Made by a program: the position numbers and the translations under genes
The notes under the pieces: model-generated
What the model saw: the letters and a program-made list of their open reading frames with translations, nothing else
Databases searched by the model: none
Told to the model about the DNA's origin: nothing
Assembly: GCA_951406725.2 (NCBI GenBank)
Contig: OX597830.1
Span: 73,346,001 to 73,410,000 of the forward strand
Reading direction: 5' to 3'
DNA: 64,000 bases
From: Octopus vulgaris
Taxonomy: Eukaryota
Shown here: positions 1-12,229 of the stretch, piece after piece
Numbering within the stretch: position 1 is the stretch's first letter
How the letters are laid out: every line of letters starts with the position of its first letter

Positions 1-61
1 AATAACGAGTCATCCTCATTAAGGCTGCAAGATGATATGGATTCAGAGATTTGATATACAA

Positions 62-411
62 CAGGGGTTCTCAACCATTTATTTATCTATGGACCTCATT
101 GATTATTGTTGAGTACTCGTGGGTCCCATAGCCATTCGATGTTTAAAAACTAGTTTTATAGAAACTTATTTCAAAATTCCTATTTTGCGTTTCAAACATT
201 AATTTGTGTAGGTTGAACTACGTAATATGCTAGAGAAAGAAACCTACCTGTTTCTTGCAATAAATTCCAATATATAGATCTAAATCAAGTTTTTGCATGG
301 GGGCTCTTAAAATCCTGTTCAGGATATCCAATTTACTATTGTGGTGCGTGGACCTCCAAAAATCTTATAAGGACCCTCAGGAGCTATATGGACACCAGTT
401 GAGGACGACTG
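62..411. mobile_element. hAT (Charlie-like) MITE, 350 bp
   Basis: Left end CAGGGGTTCTCAAC (62-75) and right end GTTGAGGACGACTG (398-411) are imperfect inverted repeats. The 8-bp flanks ATATACAA and GTATACAG match 6/8, like a decayed hAT TSD. Confidence 0.7.
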
Positions 412-1072
412 GTATACAGCATTGAGTTGGTGCGTTTTTATGATGCGAAGCTTGTCAGGTGGATATATATATATATATATATATTTACAGGTTCGGCTGG
501 TTAATCTCGAGGCTGCTCCAATCTGGCCAGCTAAGAGCACTTGATACCGTGGAAGAAAGCAAGCTAATGTATACAAAAACAAGGACGAAAGCTACGGAGA
601 AATGGTACATATATAGAAATGCAAAAATCAAAGCATTAACAACAGGTGTCTTTCGACTAAGGACGAATTGAATTAAGCCGGCGTGTGTGGAAGTGAAGCC
701 TTACGGCAGGGACATAAGAGATGACAGGCATGGGAAGGAATATAGCTATTGCACGGATGATAGTGCGAACCAAGACAAAAAGGTCACGTGGAAGGAGAGG
801 TGAGAGGCAGAGGGATAGAAGAATTACGGCGGGACGAGAAAGAAAGAAAAAAGAAAGGGACAAAGTGTAGTAAAAGAGGAGGGAAGGCGAGAATGAAAAG
901 AAGGCCAAGAAATATGAACGAGAGGAGCGAAAAAAAGAAAAGAAAAGTGGAAAGAACGAAGTATGAATGGGCGGAAACAAAGAAAGAATAATAAGAGTCG
1001 TACAGAATTTATATATATATATATATGTACTTACATATAAGAGACCAAAAGTGTACGTACGCCACTGTATGA

Positions 1073-1162
<90 letters not shown>

Positions 1163-1165
1163 ATA

Positions 1166-2012
1166 CTACCAGAATTGCCCGGCGTTGCTCGGGGCTGAAT
1201 TGCTTGAAAGTACTGTTAATGATTGCACTGAATTATGATGATTATTCAGGCAAATATTGATATAAGCTTACGGTGGGAGATAAGGACTTAACGATCAAAC
1301 GTGTGCCATTGCATTGTTTTGGGGGAACCAAATTTCTGATGAGCATTATAGGGGCACCAACTTTAAGTTTGAGAAAGTGTGGTGGTAGTCCGGATGCTCA
1401 AAGGAATTGAGTACCTCTATTGGATAGTTGATGACGTCCTCTGGGTCAGGAGTTGTATCGATAGACTGATATACATAGACTTCCCCAGGAATGAGATTTA
1501 GCATTTCATCATTAATATGGTGAACAGTTTTATTTCCTCGGGGCCAGTATAGCCTTTTTGCCAATCCAATCCATATTCTGATAATTAGCTTGTAGATCTG
1601 GGAACACTGCATCTCTGAGATCAGAAGGCGTCTTAACAATGGTACAAATGGAATCGATGGCAATATTACCATTTTCATCCCCTGGTATTTTGCCTTCGCC
1701 AAGTGCAAGGAGGGTGTGAGGAAATGCTGCTGATGTGATATTGCGTCGCATATGAGCACGCATATTGGTGTGAAGTTTGAGAGTTACTTCCGTTTATTTT
1801 TTTAAAATATGCATTAAAATGGAAAAAAATGATGGTAAATTATTTGTAAAATCATAGACTAATCGTAGACGCGCGCTAATACCCAGAAGGGCTCGATATG
1901 AATCACGACTATAAGATACCCGGTTTTGGTTAAACTGCATCGCAAAATGTGGGAGTAGTTAGGAATCTAAATCGGAGTAGACAGACACACAACCTTTCTT
2001 TTATATATAAAT
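1166..2012 (-). mobile_element. Internally deleted Helitron
   Basis: Subterminal hairpin CCCGGCGTTGCTCGGG (1178-1193) next to a decayed CTAG 3' end at 1166. The other end has a TATATATAAAAG-type 5' terminus. It contains helicase coding sequence in the same orientation. Confidence 0.85.
1275..1790 (-). pseudogene. Frameshifted Helitron RepHel (PIF1-like helicase) fragment
   Basis: Joined frames give LKLHTNMRAH..LLALGEGK..AVFPDL..KAILAPR / NKTVHHIN..LIPGE..YQSIDT..NYPIEVLNS / [29 protein letters not shown]. These are typical Helitron helicase C-terminal motifs, with at least two frameshifts. Confidence 0.9.
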
Positions 2013-2885
2013 ATTTTCGTCCTAAAAAACTTTGTATGGATTGAATGGTTACCTCTATGGAAATATATACACGCACATTATACATACATGTGTGTATAGA
2101 TGAATATATAAATACATTTAAATATCTATATACACTTTTGGGCGATCTTTCTGTTTCTTAGAGATAACTTTAGATCTTATTTTCGTGCTAAAAAACTTTG
2201 TATGGAGTGAATGGTTACCTCTATGGAAATATATACACACACGTTATACATACATGTGTGCATAGATGAATATATAAATACATTTATATATCTATATACA
2301 CTTTTGGGCGATCTCTGTGCTACTTAGAGATAACTTTAGATCTTATTTTCGTCCTAAAAAACTTTGTGCAGAGTGAATGGTTACGTGTATGGAAATATAT
2401 ACACACACATTATACATACATCTGTGTATAGATGAATATATAAATACATTTAAATATCTATATACACTTTTGAGCGATCTTTCTGCTACTTGGATATAGG
2501 GGCGATGTTTCGCTTGTCGTAGCACACGTTTCCGTCGATTTCCGCAAAAAATGTAAACACTGAATCGGCCATACATACATACATACATACACACACACAT
2601 ACATACACACACACACACACACATACATGCATACATACATATACACATACACCGAGTAAAAAAATTCAGTTATCTCTCTCTTTCACACATTACTCTCTCT
2701 GTCTCTTCACACACACTAACAGAAGCACTTCACTTACACGACATACAATCGCTTTCTCTTAGTCTCTTTCGCTCTCATTACTTATGTAAAAAAATAAAAG
2801 TCTTTTACGGAAATCGACGGAAACCTGTGCTACGACAAGCGAAACATCGCCGATATGGGTCTTATATTCGTCCTAAAAAACTTTC
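2012..2885. repeat. 166-bp tandem repeat (about 3 units plus start of a 4th), interrupted by a MITE
   Basis: Units beginning TATTTTCGT(C/G)CTAAAAAACTTTGT start at 2012, 2178 and 2344. The motif resumes at about 2860 after the insertion. Confidence 0.9.
2501..2851. mobile_element. MITE with ~49-bp TIRs and 8-bp TSD (Merlin-like)
   Basis: TIR GGCGATGTTTCGCTTGTCGTAGCACA(C/G)GTTTCCGTCGATTTCCG(C/T)AAAA at both ends, with 2 mismatches. Flanks are GATATAGG and GATATGGG. The superfamily is inferred only from GG termini and TSD length. Confidence 0.85.
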
Positions 2886-3169
2886 CTGTCACACACTCAC
2901 GCACACGCACGCACGCACACACACGCACCCTCACACACACACACACACGCACGCACACACTCACACACACGCACGTTAGCTTACAATATTATTTATATAT
3001 TTGCGTGTCTATGTGTGTAAAGAGGAAGTGGCAGACTGAAAGAGTCACTCACTACAAAAGGTGAATTACTTTCATTCAATCATTGCACACTGTGTGTGTG
3101 CGCGTGCGTGTGGTGTAAACCACATTAAGAAAAGCATTTGACATACACACCAGAATGTGACTTTTCTGT

Positions 3170-3434
<265 letters not shown>

Positions 3435-3744
3435 ATGTATCTATGTATGTATTCCATTGTTTTCTGGAAACTATGTAAGCCATTTTTCATTCCATACTTC
3501 TGTATATATATCTTTGAGGCTTTCGATACTGCATCATTATTAGCATTTCTATACACTTCAGGGGTTCCGTATATCATAGCGTCAAGAAAACGTTTGGCTT
3601 TAAAAAAAGTGGGGCTGTATTTTCGATTTTCGGTGGGTGAAACGTTTTCACTAGTCCCAGGAACGTCAAAATAAATGACGGATTAGACCCCGGATGTATT
3701 ATCCGATAAAAACGTGCATGCGCGCTCACACACACATACACTCC

Positions 3745-3809
<65 letters not shown>

Positions 3810-4249
3810 TATATGGAGAGAAACAGAGGGAGACGGAGGGGAAGTGTGTACGTGTGTCCTACTGCAGTTGGTGCTGTGGTACGTTATTTGATTCATGGCC
3901 ATAATATCAGTGTTTGACCCCTGGACCAGGCAGCGGAAAAGGATTTTGAGCAAGACGCTTCTTTCTTCAAATTGCTCCAGTCTGCAAGTCTACCAGCCAA
4001 CTTCTAGTACATCTCCATCTCCCTCCTCGAAGTTCTGCCAGCCAGAGAAGAGGAGGGTCGAGAAGAAAAGTCTACTCACGACTTCAAAGGTATCTAAAAA
4101 AAAAAGGAAAAGCTTAGTTGATACAAGACACTGGGTCGTACACGATTGCCAGGATAACTAAACGTACGCGCATGCGTGCTTCTGTGTTTGTGTGTTTGTG
4201 TGAACGGGAAGAGGGGGTGAATTTGAGATACAGAGAGATACAGACACGA

Positions 4250-4465
4250 ATACACAGCTACCAGAAAGAGCTGCCAAAACACCTTTATATCACGTCTCCG
4301 TAATCTTATACATGGTTGAAAGACACGAAATTATGTAGGCCAAAGCACCCTAAAAAAACAGGCGATGGTCACGGCTGGAAGAACTATAAGCATAACAGCT
4401 TGCTGGATCAGAGCTGACTTGGAGATAAACAACAGCTACAGCAACAACAACAACAACAACAACAT
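4250..4465 (+). mobile_element. Dispersed repeat family E (old SINE/LINE tail ending in (CAA)n)
   Basis: Motifs GAAATAGCAGCCAAAT ... GATGGTCACGGCTGGA ... GCTGAC ... TAAACAACA. Related diverged copies lie near 6010-6095(-), 41400-41640(+), 43190-43260(-), 43320-43500(+), 46010-46100(-) and 53750-53880(+). Confidence 0.55.
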
Positions 4466-4847
4466 TAGAATGCTTCAGTGACTCCGAGATAAAAAAATTT
4501 TATTTATTTTTGTCCTGTATTTTATAACGCTCATTTTTTTTCTTTTTCTGTATTTAATCGCCATTATACACCTTTTTTATCTTTTCGTGGCCATCTAGGT
4601 ATTTGTAAAACGTAAAGACATCTAGCTTTTGTAATATCGGAACCCCTACCATTAAATTGCAAATCGTAGGGTTTTTATTGTCAAATTTCTATATTTTTTT
4701 TGCGAGGCCAAATGACATTTTAATGTCTTTGCTAATTTGCTTCATGATTTCTGATGAAGATTTCCAGTTGCTGAGGGTCATTTACTGTATACGATATCAG
4801 GTCATCCATGACTAAGAAAGGGAGGCAGAAATATATTTTGAGAAGGA

Positions 4848-5260
4848 AGGCGGCGAGCTGGCAGAATCGTTAGCGCGCCGGGCGAAATGCGTATCCGTAT
4901 TTCGTCTGCGTTACGTTCTGAGTTTAAATTCCGACGAGGTCGACTTTGCCTTTTATCTTTTCGGGGTCGATTAAATAAGTACTAGTTACGCACTGGATTC
5001 GATATAATCGACTTAATCCGTTTGTCTGTCCTTGTTTGTCCCCTCTGTGTTTAGCCCCTTGTGGGTAGTAAAGAAACTGGTATTTCGTCTGCTTGCTTCG
5101 TTCTGAGTTCAAATTCCGCCGAGGTCGACTTTCATCCTTTCGGGTAGATAAATTAAGTACCAGTTACGCACTGGGTCGATGTAATAGACTTAACCCCTTT
5201 GCCTGTCCATGTTTCTCCCCTCTATGTTTAGCCCCTTGTTGGCAATAAAGAAATAAGAAA
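4848..5260 (+). mobile_element. SINE family B, with duplicated body (dimer)
   Basis: Head GGCGGCGAGCTGGCAGAATCGTTAGC, B-box-like GAGTTCAAATTCC, central GAGGTCGACTTTGCCTTTCATCCTTTCGGGGTCGATAAA and tail GCCCCTTGTGGGTAGTAAAGAAA. The body occurs twice. Confidence 0.9.
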
Positions 5261-5449
5261 TATATTTTGAGAACGAACATTTTTATTCGGGTTGTTTTTC
5301 TTTTCTTTGAAATCCACAAATTTAACTCTTCTCTTCCTTACTGTCTTTCAGTAGTAGATGATGATGATGGTGTATTAGATGGTAGACGATGGCATGGTTA
5401 GAAGAATATGCAATGAAATATTAAACACTATCTTTTATCATTTTATTAA

Positions 5450-6560
5450 TCAAGGAAACGTGGTGGCACAACTGCTACTGCGGCGGATAAGATGCCTAGT
5501 TCAAATACCACTAAGGTTGGTTTTGCTTTCCAGCCCTTTTCGGGATCAAAAAAAGAAAAAAAACGTACCTTCTGAACATTGGCGTCAACGATATGGCCTT
5601 ACCCGTTCTTGCTAAAATTGCTGACTTAGTGCCAAAATTTGAATTCCCTCAACTGAGGAGCTGGTAGAATCGGCAGTGCGTCGGACAAAATGGATAACAT
5701 CATTTCTTGCGGTTCTTTACCTTCTGAGTTCGAATTCTCGCGATGTCGATCTTGGCTTTATTATTTTCAGCGTCGATAAAGTGCCATTACTCCCTCACCA
5801 CGAAATTACCGGCCTTGTTCCACAATTAGGAAGAAAGATTAATCTTATGCTTAGTGTTCACAGATGTATGGATTAATAAAACAGTAGTAAAAAAAATAAC
5901 CGCTAAAATAAAAGCGATAAGTAACACCCGTTTCCTCATTATCATTAAGAAAAGAAAAAAAAGAATTCTATGAATTATATTAATGTTGCTATGGTAGCTG
6001 CTGGTGATAAAGCAGGTGTTGTCGTTAAGACCCAGGTTAACTCTAACCATGTAGACCTATGATTAAAGGCATTTCAAGCGTGACCATCACGTCTATGTGA
6101 CTACTCTATCTAAAATATTCTTTCCTTATTGGTTGTTGCGGCCTTTGATTTTTATCTTTTCGTTGTCGATAAATATAAAGATAGGTACTAAAGCGGTGAA
6201 TTAGCGAAAGCATTCGGTTGTCGGATAGATCAGCTTCGAAGATGTGTTTCGGCTCACCACGCTGTGAGTTCAAATCCAGGTGAGATCAACTTTCTTTTTA
6301 ATCCTTTCGGTGTTGGTATAGGCAAGAATAGAGATCGATGTCTCTTGCTCATTTTTCAACGTCATGGGTGATATTCGTTTCTTCTTTATTTTGTTACTGT
6401 TTTTAGGAATCAGTAATTTTCTGATCCCAAATCGTAAAATTAATTTTTCTTTCTAATTTCGGCACAAGACCAACGACTTTGTGCGGAGGGGCATGCCAGT
6501 TACATTAATTCCAATGCTCGACTGGTACTTATTTTATTGATCCCGAAAGGATGAACAGCA
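5450..6560. mobile_element. Cluster of old, diverged SINE B fragments
   Basis: Degenerate GTTCAAAT/GTCGATAAA cores near 5500, 5730, 6140, 6270 (+) and 6450-6560 (-). Confidence 0.6.
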
Positions 6561-6658
6561 ATGGAAACGATTAATTTCTCAGTTCAGAAAGTGTACCTAT
6601 CGTTCCAAAATTAAAAACAATAATTTCATTCTACAATGTAGGAAGCAACTATTGTATT

Positions 6659-6847
6659 ACTGTGTGGTAAGTAGCTTGCTTACGAACCACATGGTTCCTA
6701 GTTCAGTCCCACTGCGTGGCATCCTGGGCAAAAGTCTTCTACTATAGCCTCGGGCCGACCAAAGCCTTGTGAGGGGATTTGGTAGACGGAAACTGAAAGA
6801 AGCCCCTCGTATATGTATGTATGTATATATGTATGTATGTATGTATG

Positions 6848-6879
<32 letters not shown>

Positions 6880-6921
6880 TGTATGTATGTATGTATGTAC
6901 GTTTGTGTGTCTGTGTTTGTC
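6659..6921 (+). mobile_element. SINE family A (tRNA head plus CORE-like region), 5' half
   Basis: TGTGTGGTAAGTAGCTTGC (A box), GTTCAGTCCC (B box), then TGGGCAA..GTCTTCTACTATAGCCTCGGGCCGACCAAAGCC and an internal (TATG)n. Confidence 0.9.
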
Positions 6922-6950
6922 ACAGATATATATAAATACACTATATATAT

Positions 6951-7112
6951 ACGACGGACTTCTTTCAGTTTCCGTCTACCAAGTCCACTCACAAGGTTTT
7001 GGTCGGCCCGAAGCTATAGTAGAAGACACTAGCCCAAGGTGCCACGCAGTGAGACTGAACCCGGAACCATGTGGTTGGTAAGCAAGCTACTTACCACTGA
7101 GCCACTCCTGCG
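6951..7112 (-). mobile_element. SINE family A, 5' half
   Basis: Reverse complement of the same head, ending GCCACTCCTGCG. Confidence 0.9.
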
Positions 7113-7495
7113 TCTGTCTACATTCTGAATTCAAATTCCGCCGAGGTCGACTTTGCCTTTCATCCTTTCGAATGTCGATAAATTAAGTACATGTTGAGCA
7201 CTGGGGTCGATGTAATTGACTAGCTCCTTTCCCGAAATTTTGCTGCACTTGTGGAAACATTTGAAACCATTATTATTATTATTGTCATTAAGGCCGCGAG
7301 CTAAAAGAATTGTTATCGCGCTGAGAAAACTGCTTACTAGCATATCTTTCGATTTTACATTCTGAGTTCAAATGCTTCTGTGGTTGACATTATCTTTTAT
7401 CCCCTCAGGGTCGATAAAATAAGTTCCAGCTGAGTAATGGGATCCCTGAAATCGACTAGCCCTATCTCCAGAAATTGTGCCTGTTGTAGAAAGGA
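7113..7495 (+). mobile_element. Two SINE B copies
   Basis: TTCAAATTCCGCCGAGGTCGACTTTGCC core at about 7130 and a diverged copy at 7290-7495. Confidence 0.8.
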
Positions 7496-7541
7496 TCATC
7501 ATCATCATCATCGTTATTATTATTATTATTATTCAGTAGTT

Positions 7542-7577
<36 letters not shown>

Positions 7578-7602
7578 GTAGTAGTAGTAGTAGTAGTAAT
7601 AA

Positions 7603-7671
<69 letters not shown>

Positions 7672-7710
7672 CAGAAGCAGCAGTAGCAGCAGCAGCAGCA
7701 GCTGCTGCTG
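7496..7710. repeat. Compound (CAT)(TTA)(GTA)(GCA) microsatellite
   Basis: Direct reading. Confidence 0.95.
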
Positions 7711-8238
7711 GAGCGGCTTCGAAGGGGCTCCATCATGAGCTCGTAAAGTTAGGAGTAATTAAGATGTGTTATTTTATAGAAGTGTAAAATGAAGAGAGCC
7801 AAACATACAGTCTTCGGTGACGCAAATAACATTTAAATCCATATTAATTTTATACATGTTACTCTCTTTATGTAACTAGTCATAGTGGTTTATTCACGTA
7901 TTCGACATGTCTTAAACTTCTACTGCTCCAATAAAGACGGATAAACGCATCGGAATAATGGGAATCTTTTATGGAAATGTGGGGCACTCGGTTCACAAGA
8001 CCGTTGACTAATGTTGCTGTGTAAGAGCAGATATTGACTATGTCATCTAAGAAGTTCTTTATTATCAACATCTGATGTATTTCGGGCTGTTGGTTATAAA
8101 AAATTTCATTGCTACACTAATGATTGATTTACGACCTTTTCCGACATCATATTCCTCTCCTCACAGTCACCGTCAGATATACAGAAATCGGCTCTGAGAA
8201 ACACTGACAGACAGACAGACACTTATACAGGCACGCAC

Positions 8239-8280
<42 letters not shown>

Positions 8281-8550
8281 GAGGACACATAACCAGAGTG
8301 ACACGCAGATACAAACATGGCACCCTGCAGTAAACAATTGTCCTTGAGAAGCTATGCTTTAACAATACTGTGCAGGGAATGGGGAACGGTATGGCAGGTT
8401 GTTATTGTGGCTTTCGTTGAAGACAGCTATGTTTAACGATGACCTAAGAGAAAATTTGATTGATTAATATACAGCGTGTAGACACATTCATACACATGTT
8501 GTTAGAGTTATGTATCTGTTACTATTTATCTCTCTCTCTCTCTTCCACCC

Positions 8551-8633
<83 letters not shown>

Positions 8634-8660
8634 GTATATATGTATATATGTATGTATATG

Positions 8661-9044
8661 TAGGAGTGGCTGTGTGGTAAGTAGCTTGCTTACCAACCAC
8701 ACTGTTCCGGGTTCAGTCCCACTGCGTGGCACCTGGGTTAAGTGTCTTCTACTATAGACCAAAGCCGACCAAAGCCTCGTGAGTGGATTTGGTAGGCGGA
8801 AACTGAAAGAAGCCCGTCGTATATATGGATATGTGTGTGTGTGTTTGTGTGTCTGTGTTTGTCACCCCAACATCGCTTGACAACCGGTGGTGGTGTGTTT
8901 ACGTCCCCGTAACTTAGCGGTTCGGCAAAAGAGACCGATAGAATAAGTAATAGGCTTACAAAGAATAAGTCCTGGGATCGATTTGCTCGACTAAAGGCGG
9001 TGCTCCAGCATGGCCGCAGTCAAATGACTGAAACAAGTATAAGA
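8661..9044 (+). mobile_element. SINE family A, full length
   Basis: Head as above, internal (TG)n and tail GTGCTCCAGCATGGCCGCAGTCAAATGACTGAAACAAGTA. Confidence 0.95.
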
Positions 9045-9376
9045 TATGTGTGTGTTTATCTATATATATATATATGTATGTGTGTGTTTGTGTGTGTGTA
9101 TGTGTGTAGTATTTGTGTGCGTGGTTGTGTGTGATCATTATTTAAAGTCCACATTTCCAAGCTAGCGTGGGTAAGACATGCCACGGGCTTTTCTCATTTT
9201 CTGTCTACCAAATATTTAGTCGATCCGGCGTTGTAAAAGTCTTTTTCCCAAAAGCGTAGAACTGTTTTCAAAGCAGTTGATCCTTGATGAATTGATTCTG
9301 TTTAGGATTGCATAGTTTTGGGAGACGTATACGCATTGATGTGTGTTTGTATGGTGCATATATATATATATGTATA

Positions 9377-9426
<50 letters not shown>

Positions 9427-9892
9427 CACACACACAAATGCATGTGTATGTGATCGTGTGTATTGTAAATGTGTGCGTATGCGTTTCGTGAAGGTGACGA
9501 TTCCCACTCCGTAGTATTTCAACTGGTGAGGCAAATAGTGAAGATGCGAGTATTCACAGCCGAACCAACGTTTATTACATCTTCTGTCATTCCTAGCAAG
9601 CGTAATAACTACGAAAGTGGATCTACTTCGTTGTTGCAGGTGCCCAATGACCGCCATTTCTGCCTCCAGGTCAGAATTGTATGAAATCAGAATTGTTTTC
9701 ACTGTGGTATACAATAAGCAGTAAGCCTAAAACACTTGGAGACGTGGACAACAAAGGATGCAATACCTTACGAAGCACAAAATTTGTTTGCCTCTCACCG
9801 TTTTGCGTTTATTTCTGCATATATATATATGTTAGTGTGTGTCTATGTATGTTTATATTTGTGAGTGTGTATGTATGTTTATATTTGCGTGC

Positions 9893-9930
<38 letters not shown>

Positions 9931-9934
<4 letters not shown>

Positions 9935-10130
9935 ATCCAAACATGAAAACACAAAAAAACACAAAAAAAAAACACAAAAAAACACAGCAACGCGAGGACG
10001 TGGAACTAATAAAGTATTATTGGACGCTCAGGAAAGAAGGGAAGAAGGAGGGTTTAACGTTTCGAGCGGAGCTCTTCGTCGGAAACATAGGAGAAGGAAA
10101 AAAAAAACTGGCGGTACTCACGAGGTCACA
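9931..10130 (-). mobile_element. Short (TA)n-embedded element with hammerhead-like motif (subfamily 1)
   Basis: Bounded by TA-rich repeats. A homologous partial copy lies at 19324-19415. It contains the fold at 10052-10086. Confidence 0.7.
10052..10086 (-). ncRNA. Candidate minimal type-I hammerhead ribozyme (variant core CCGACGA)
   Basis: Minus strand reads GTTT-CCGACGA-A-GAGC(TCC)GCTC-GAAA-CG-TT-AAAC. This gives stem I GTTT/AAAC, stem II GAGC/GCTC and a palindromic ACGT stem III. Confidence 0.6.
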
Positions 10131-10255
10131 TATTTATATATATACACACATATACACACACAGGCGTATATATATATATGTATATAAGTATACATACACA
10201 CATACATGCGTACGTACATACATACATACGTACATGCATATATATATATATATAT

Positions 10256-10400
10256 ATTTCTTTGTTGCCCACAAGGGGCTAAACATAGAGGAGACAAACA
10301 AGAACAGACAAAGGAATTAAGTCGATTACATTGACCCCAGTGCGAGACTGGTACTTTATTTATCGACCCTGAAAGGATAAAAGGCAAAGGCAATCTCGAT
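10256..10400 (-). mobile_element. SINE family B, 3' part
   Basis: Reverse complement of the SINE B tail and core (CCCACAAGGGGCTAAAC ... GAAAGGATAAAAGGCAAAG). Confidence 0.85.
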
Positions 10401-10995
10401 ACTAATCCATGTAGATTATTGTATATATTCATCAGTTATTCTGATTTGTGATGTTGAATTCGTAATGATTTGCCAAACTGGCTTTTTAAATAGTAATGTC
10501 GTACAAGTTGCTCATTGATTTGTGACGTGAGATTATATCGTGATTATGACGTCTTTTGTTTGTGCTTGTGACGTCACTGCTTTTGAGAAATTTCTCCGTG
10601 TTACTCTATGCGAAACAGTCATCGTTCCTTCGTAAACACATTAAACCCCATTGCTTTCTCCGTACAACTAGAAAATAGTTTATGATGCATGGATAGAGAA
10701 TGGTTTACGATGCATAAATAGACAAAGCACAATGAAAAGATAGTGAGTGTAAGCAACGGGAGAGATATAGCAATAAGCAAAGTGAAAAAGGGAAGGAGGT
10801 GATGGCGTAAAATGCTTAAGTATAAGAAGAAACGAAACACAAGATGATAAAGAATGGATGCCATTTACGTTGCAGCGGACAATAGATTTTTGGATGCTGC
10901 CGGAGAACGAATCGGATTGGCACTCCCTTTCCATGTTTCTATCTTTTTCCCATTCTTTCTTTCATCCATTCTTTCTATTTGTCTTTCTGTCTTTT

Positions 10996-11057
<62 letters not shown>

Positions 11058-11121
11058 CCTCTTTATGAATATGCCAGTGTACATACACATTCTCATATAT
11101 ATTTATATTTTTATCTATCTA

Positions 11122-11163
<42 letters not shown>

Positions 11164-11185
11164 CGTCCGTTCCTCTCTCTGTATG

Positions 11186-11254
<69 letters not shown>

Positions 11255-11314
11255 TTGTCTGTCTATCTATCTAACTGCATGTGTGTGTGTGTATTATGTA
11301 TTTCTATATATATT

Positions 11315-11373
<59 letters not shown>

Positions 11374-12229
11374 ATTCAAACTTCTCTCACGTCTTCCAAC
11401 ATTATTCCACGCAATATATATGTATATACGTGCATGTATATATCTGTGTTCATGCAAGTGGCAATGTCTATGTGGTTATGCGAGTGCTTACGCAAGTATG
11501 TCTACGCACAATGCGTCAGAGAAAAGAAAGTAGGATGCGAGAAAATAAGAATAGAAAGAAATATGAGAGAAAGAGAGAGTGAAAGAAAGAAAGAAAAGAG
11601 AGAACAGAGGATAGGTGGGAAGATAAAGGTTAATAGAAAGACAAAGTATACAAAAGCAAGAAGAGTAAAAACTAGTGAAATAAGGAAAATAAATTCAGAG
11701 GAAATGTTATGAAACCAGTGCGTGAATTTAAGATGGCGGACGTTATTTTTGGAAGAATAAGTACAAAAGAGAACAGGATATAAAATCTTCAAAATTAAGA
11801 GACCAGAAATGGAGATTTTGAAACGGTTACTACCGTCAGAGTTTAGAGTACATATTGCATGGTTTTCGAGAAATTGAAGGTTTTTTTTTGTTAGTATTTA
11901 TGTGTAGAGGTCAAGACTAAATGGACTGGAGACGTATATTTCATCGTGGCCAAATCCTCACCAGCTTTTTTTTTTTTTAGGTTTCATTTGAAAAGAAATG
12001 TGAGGTGAGACGGCAAAGGATTTGTCGCCTTCCCATAAATTTATTGAAAAGTAAACGAAAGTGAAACTGCTCTGCGGTTGAGCCTATAGGCTGAAGAGAA
12101 TATCTCTTTAGTACTTTTGTCGGTGGGAGTAATCCAGTAGTATCCGTGAGGTTGTCCTTGGATAGCACACCATTTTCCCTATCGATAATTTGTGGTAATG
12201 TTGATGGTGAAGTTGTGATTATTATAGGA

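Noticed and set aside
2012-2490. CRISPR-like regular repeat
   Set aside because: Whole 166-bp units repeat with no unique spacers; eukaryotic context and no cas genes.
3895-4161. 88-aa S/K-rich ORF with a possible donor (AAG|GTA) near 4089
   Set aside because: It begins inside a decayed SINE C head (about 3870-3985); no acceptor or recognisable homology.
7880-8100. Minus-strand peptide FLDDIV..LVNGLVNRVPHIS, faintly Penelope-like
   Set aside because: Too short and degenerate to support without an HMM search.
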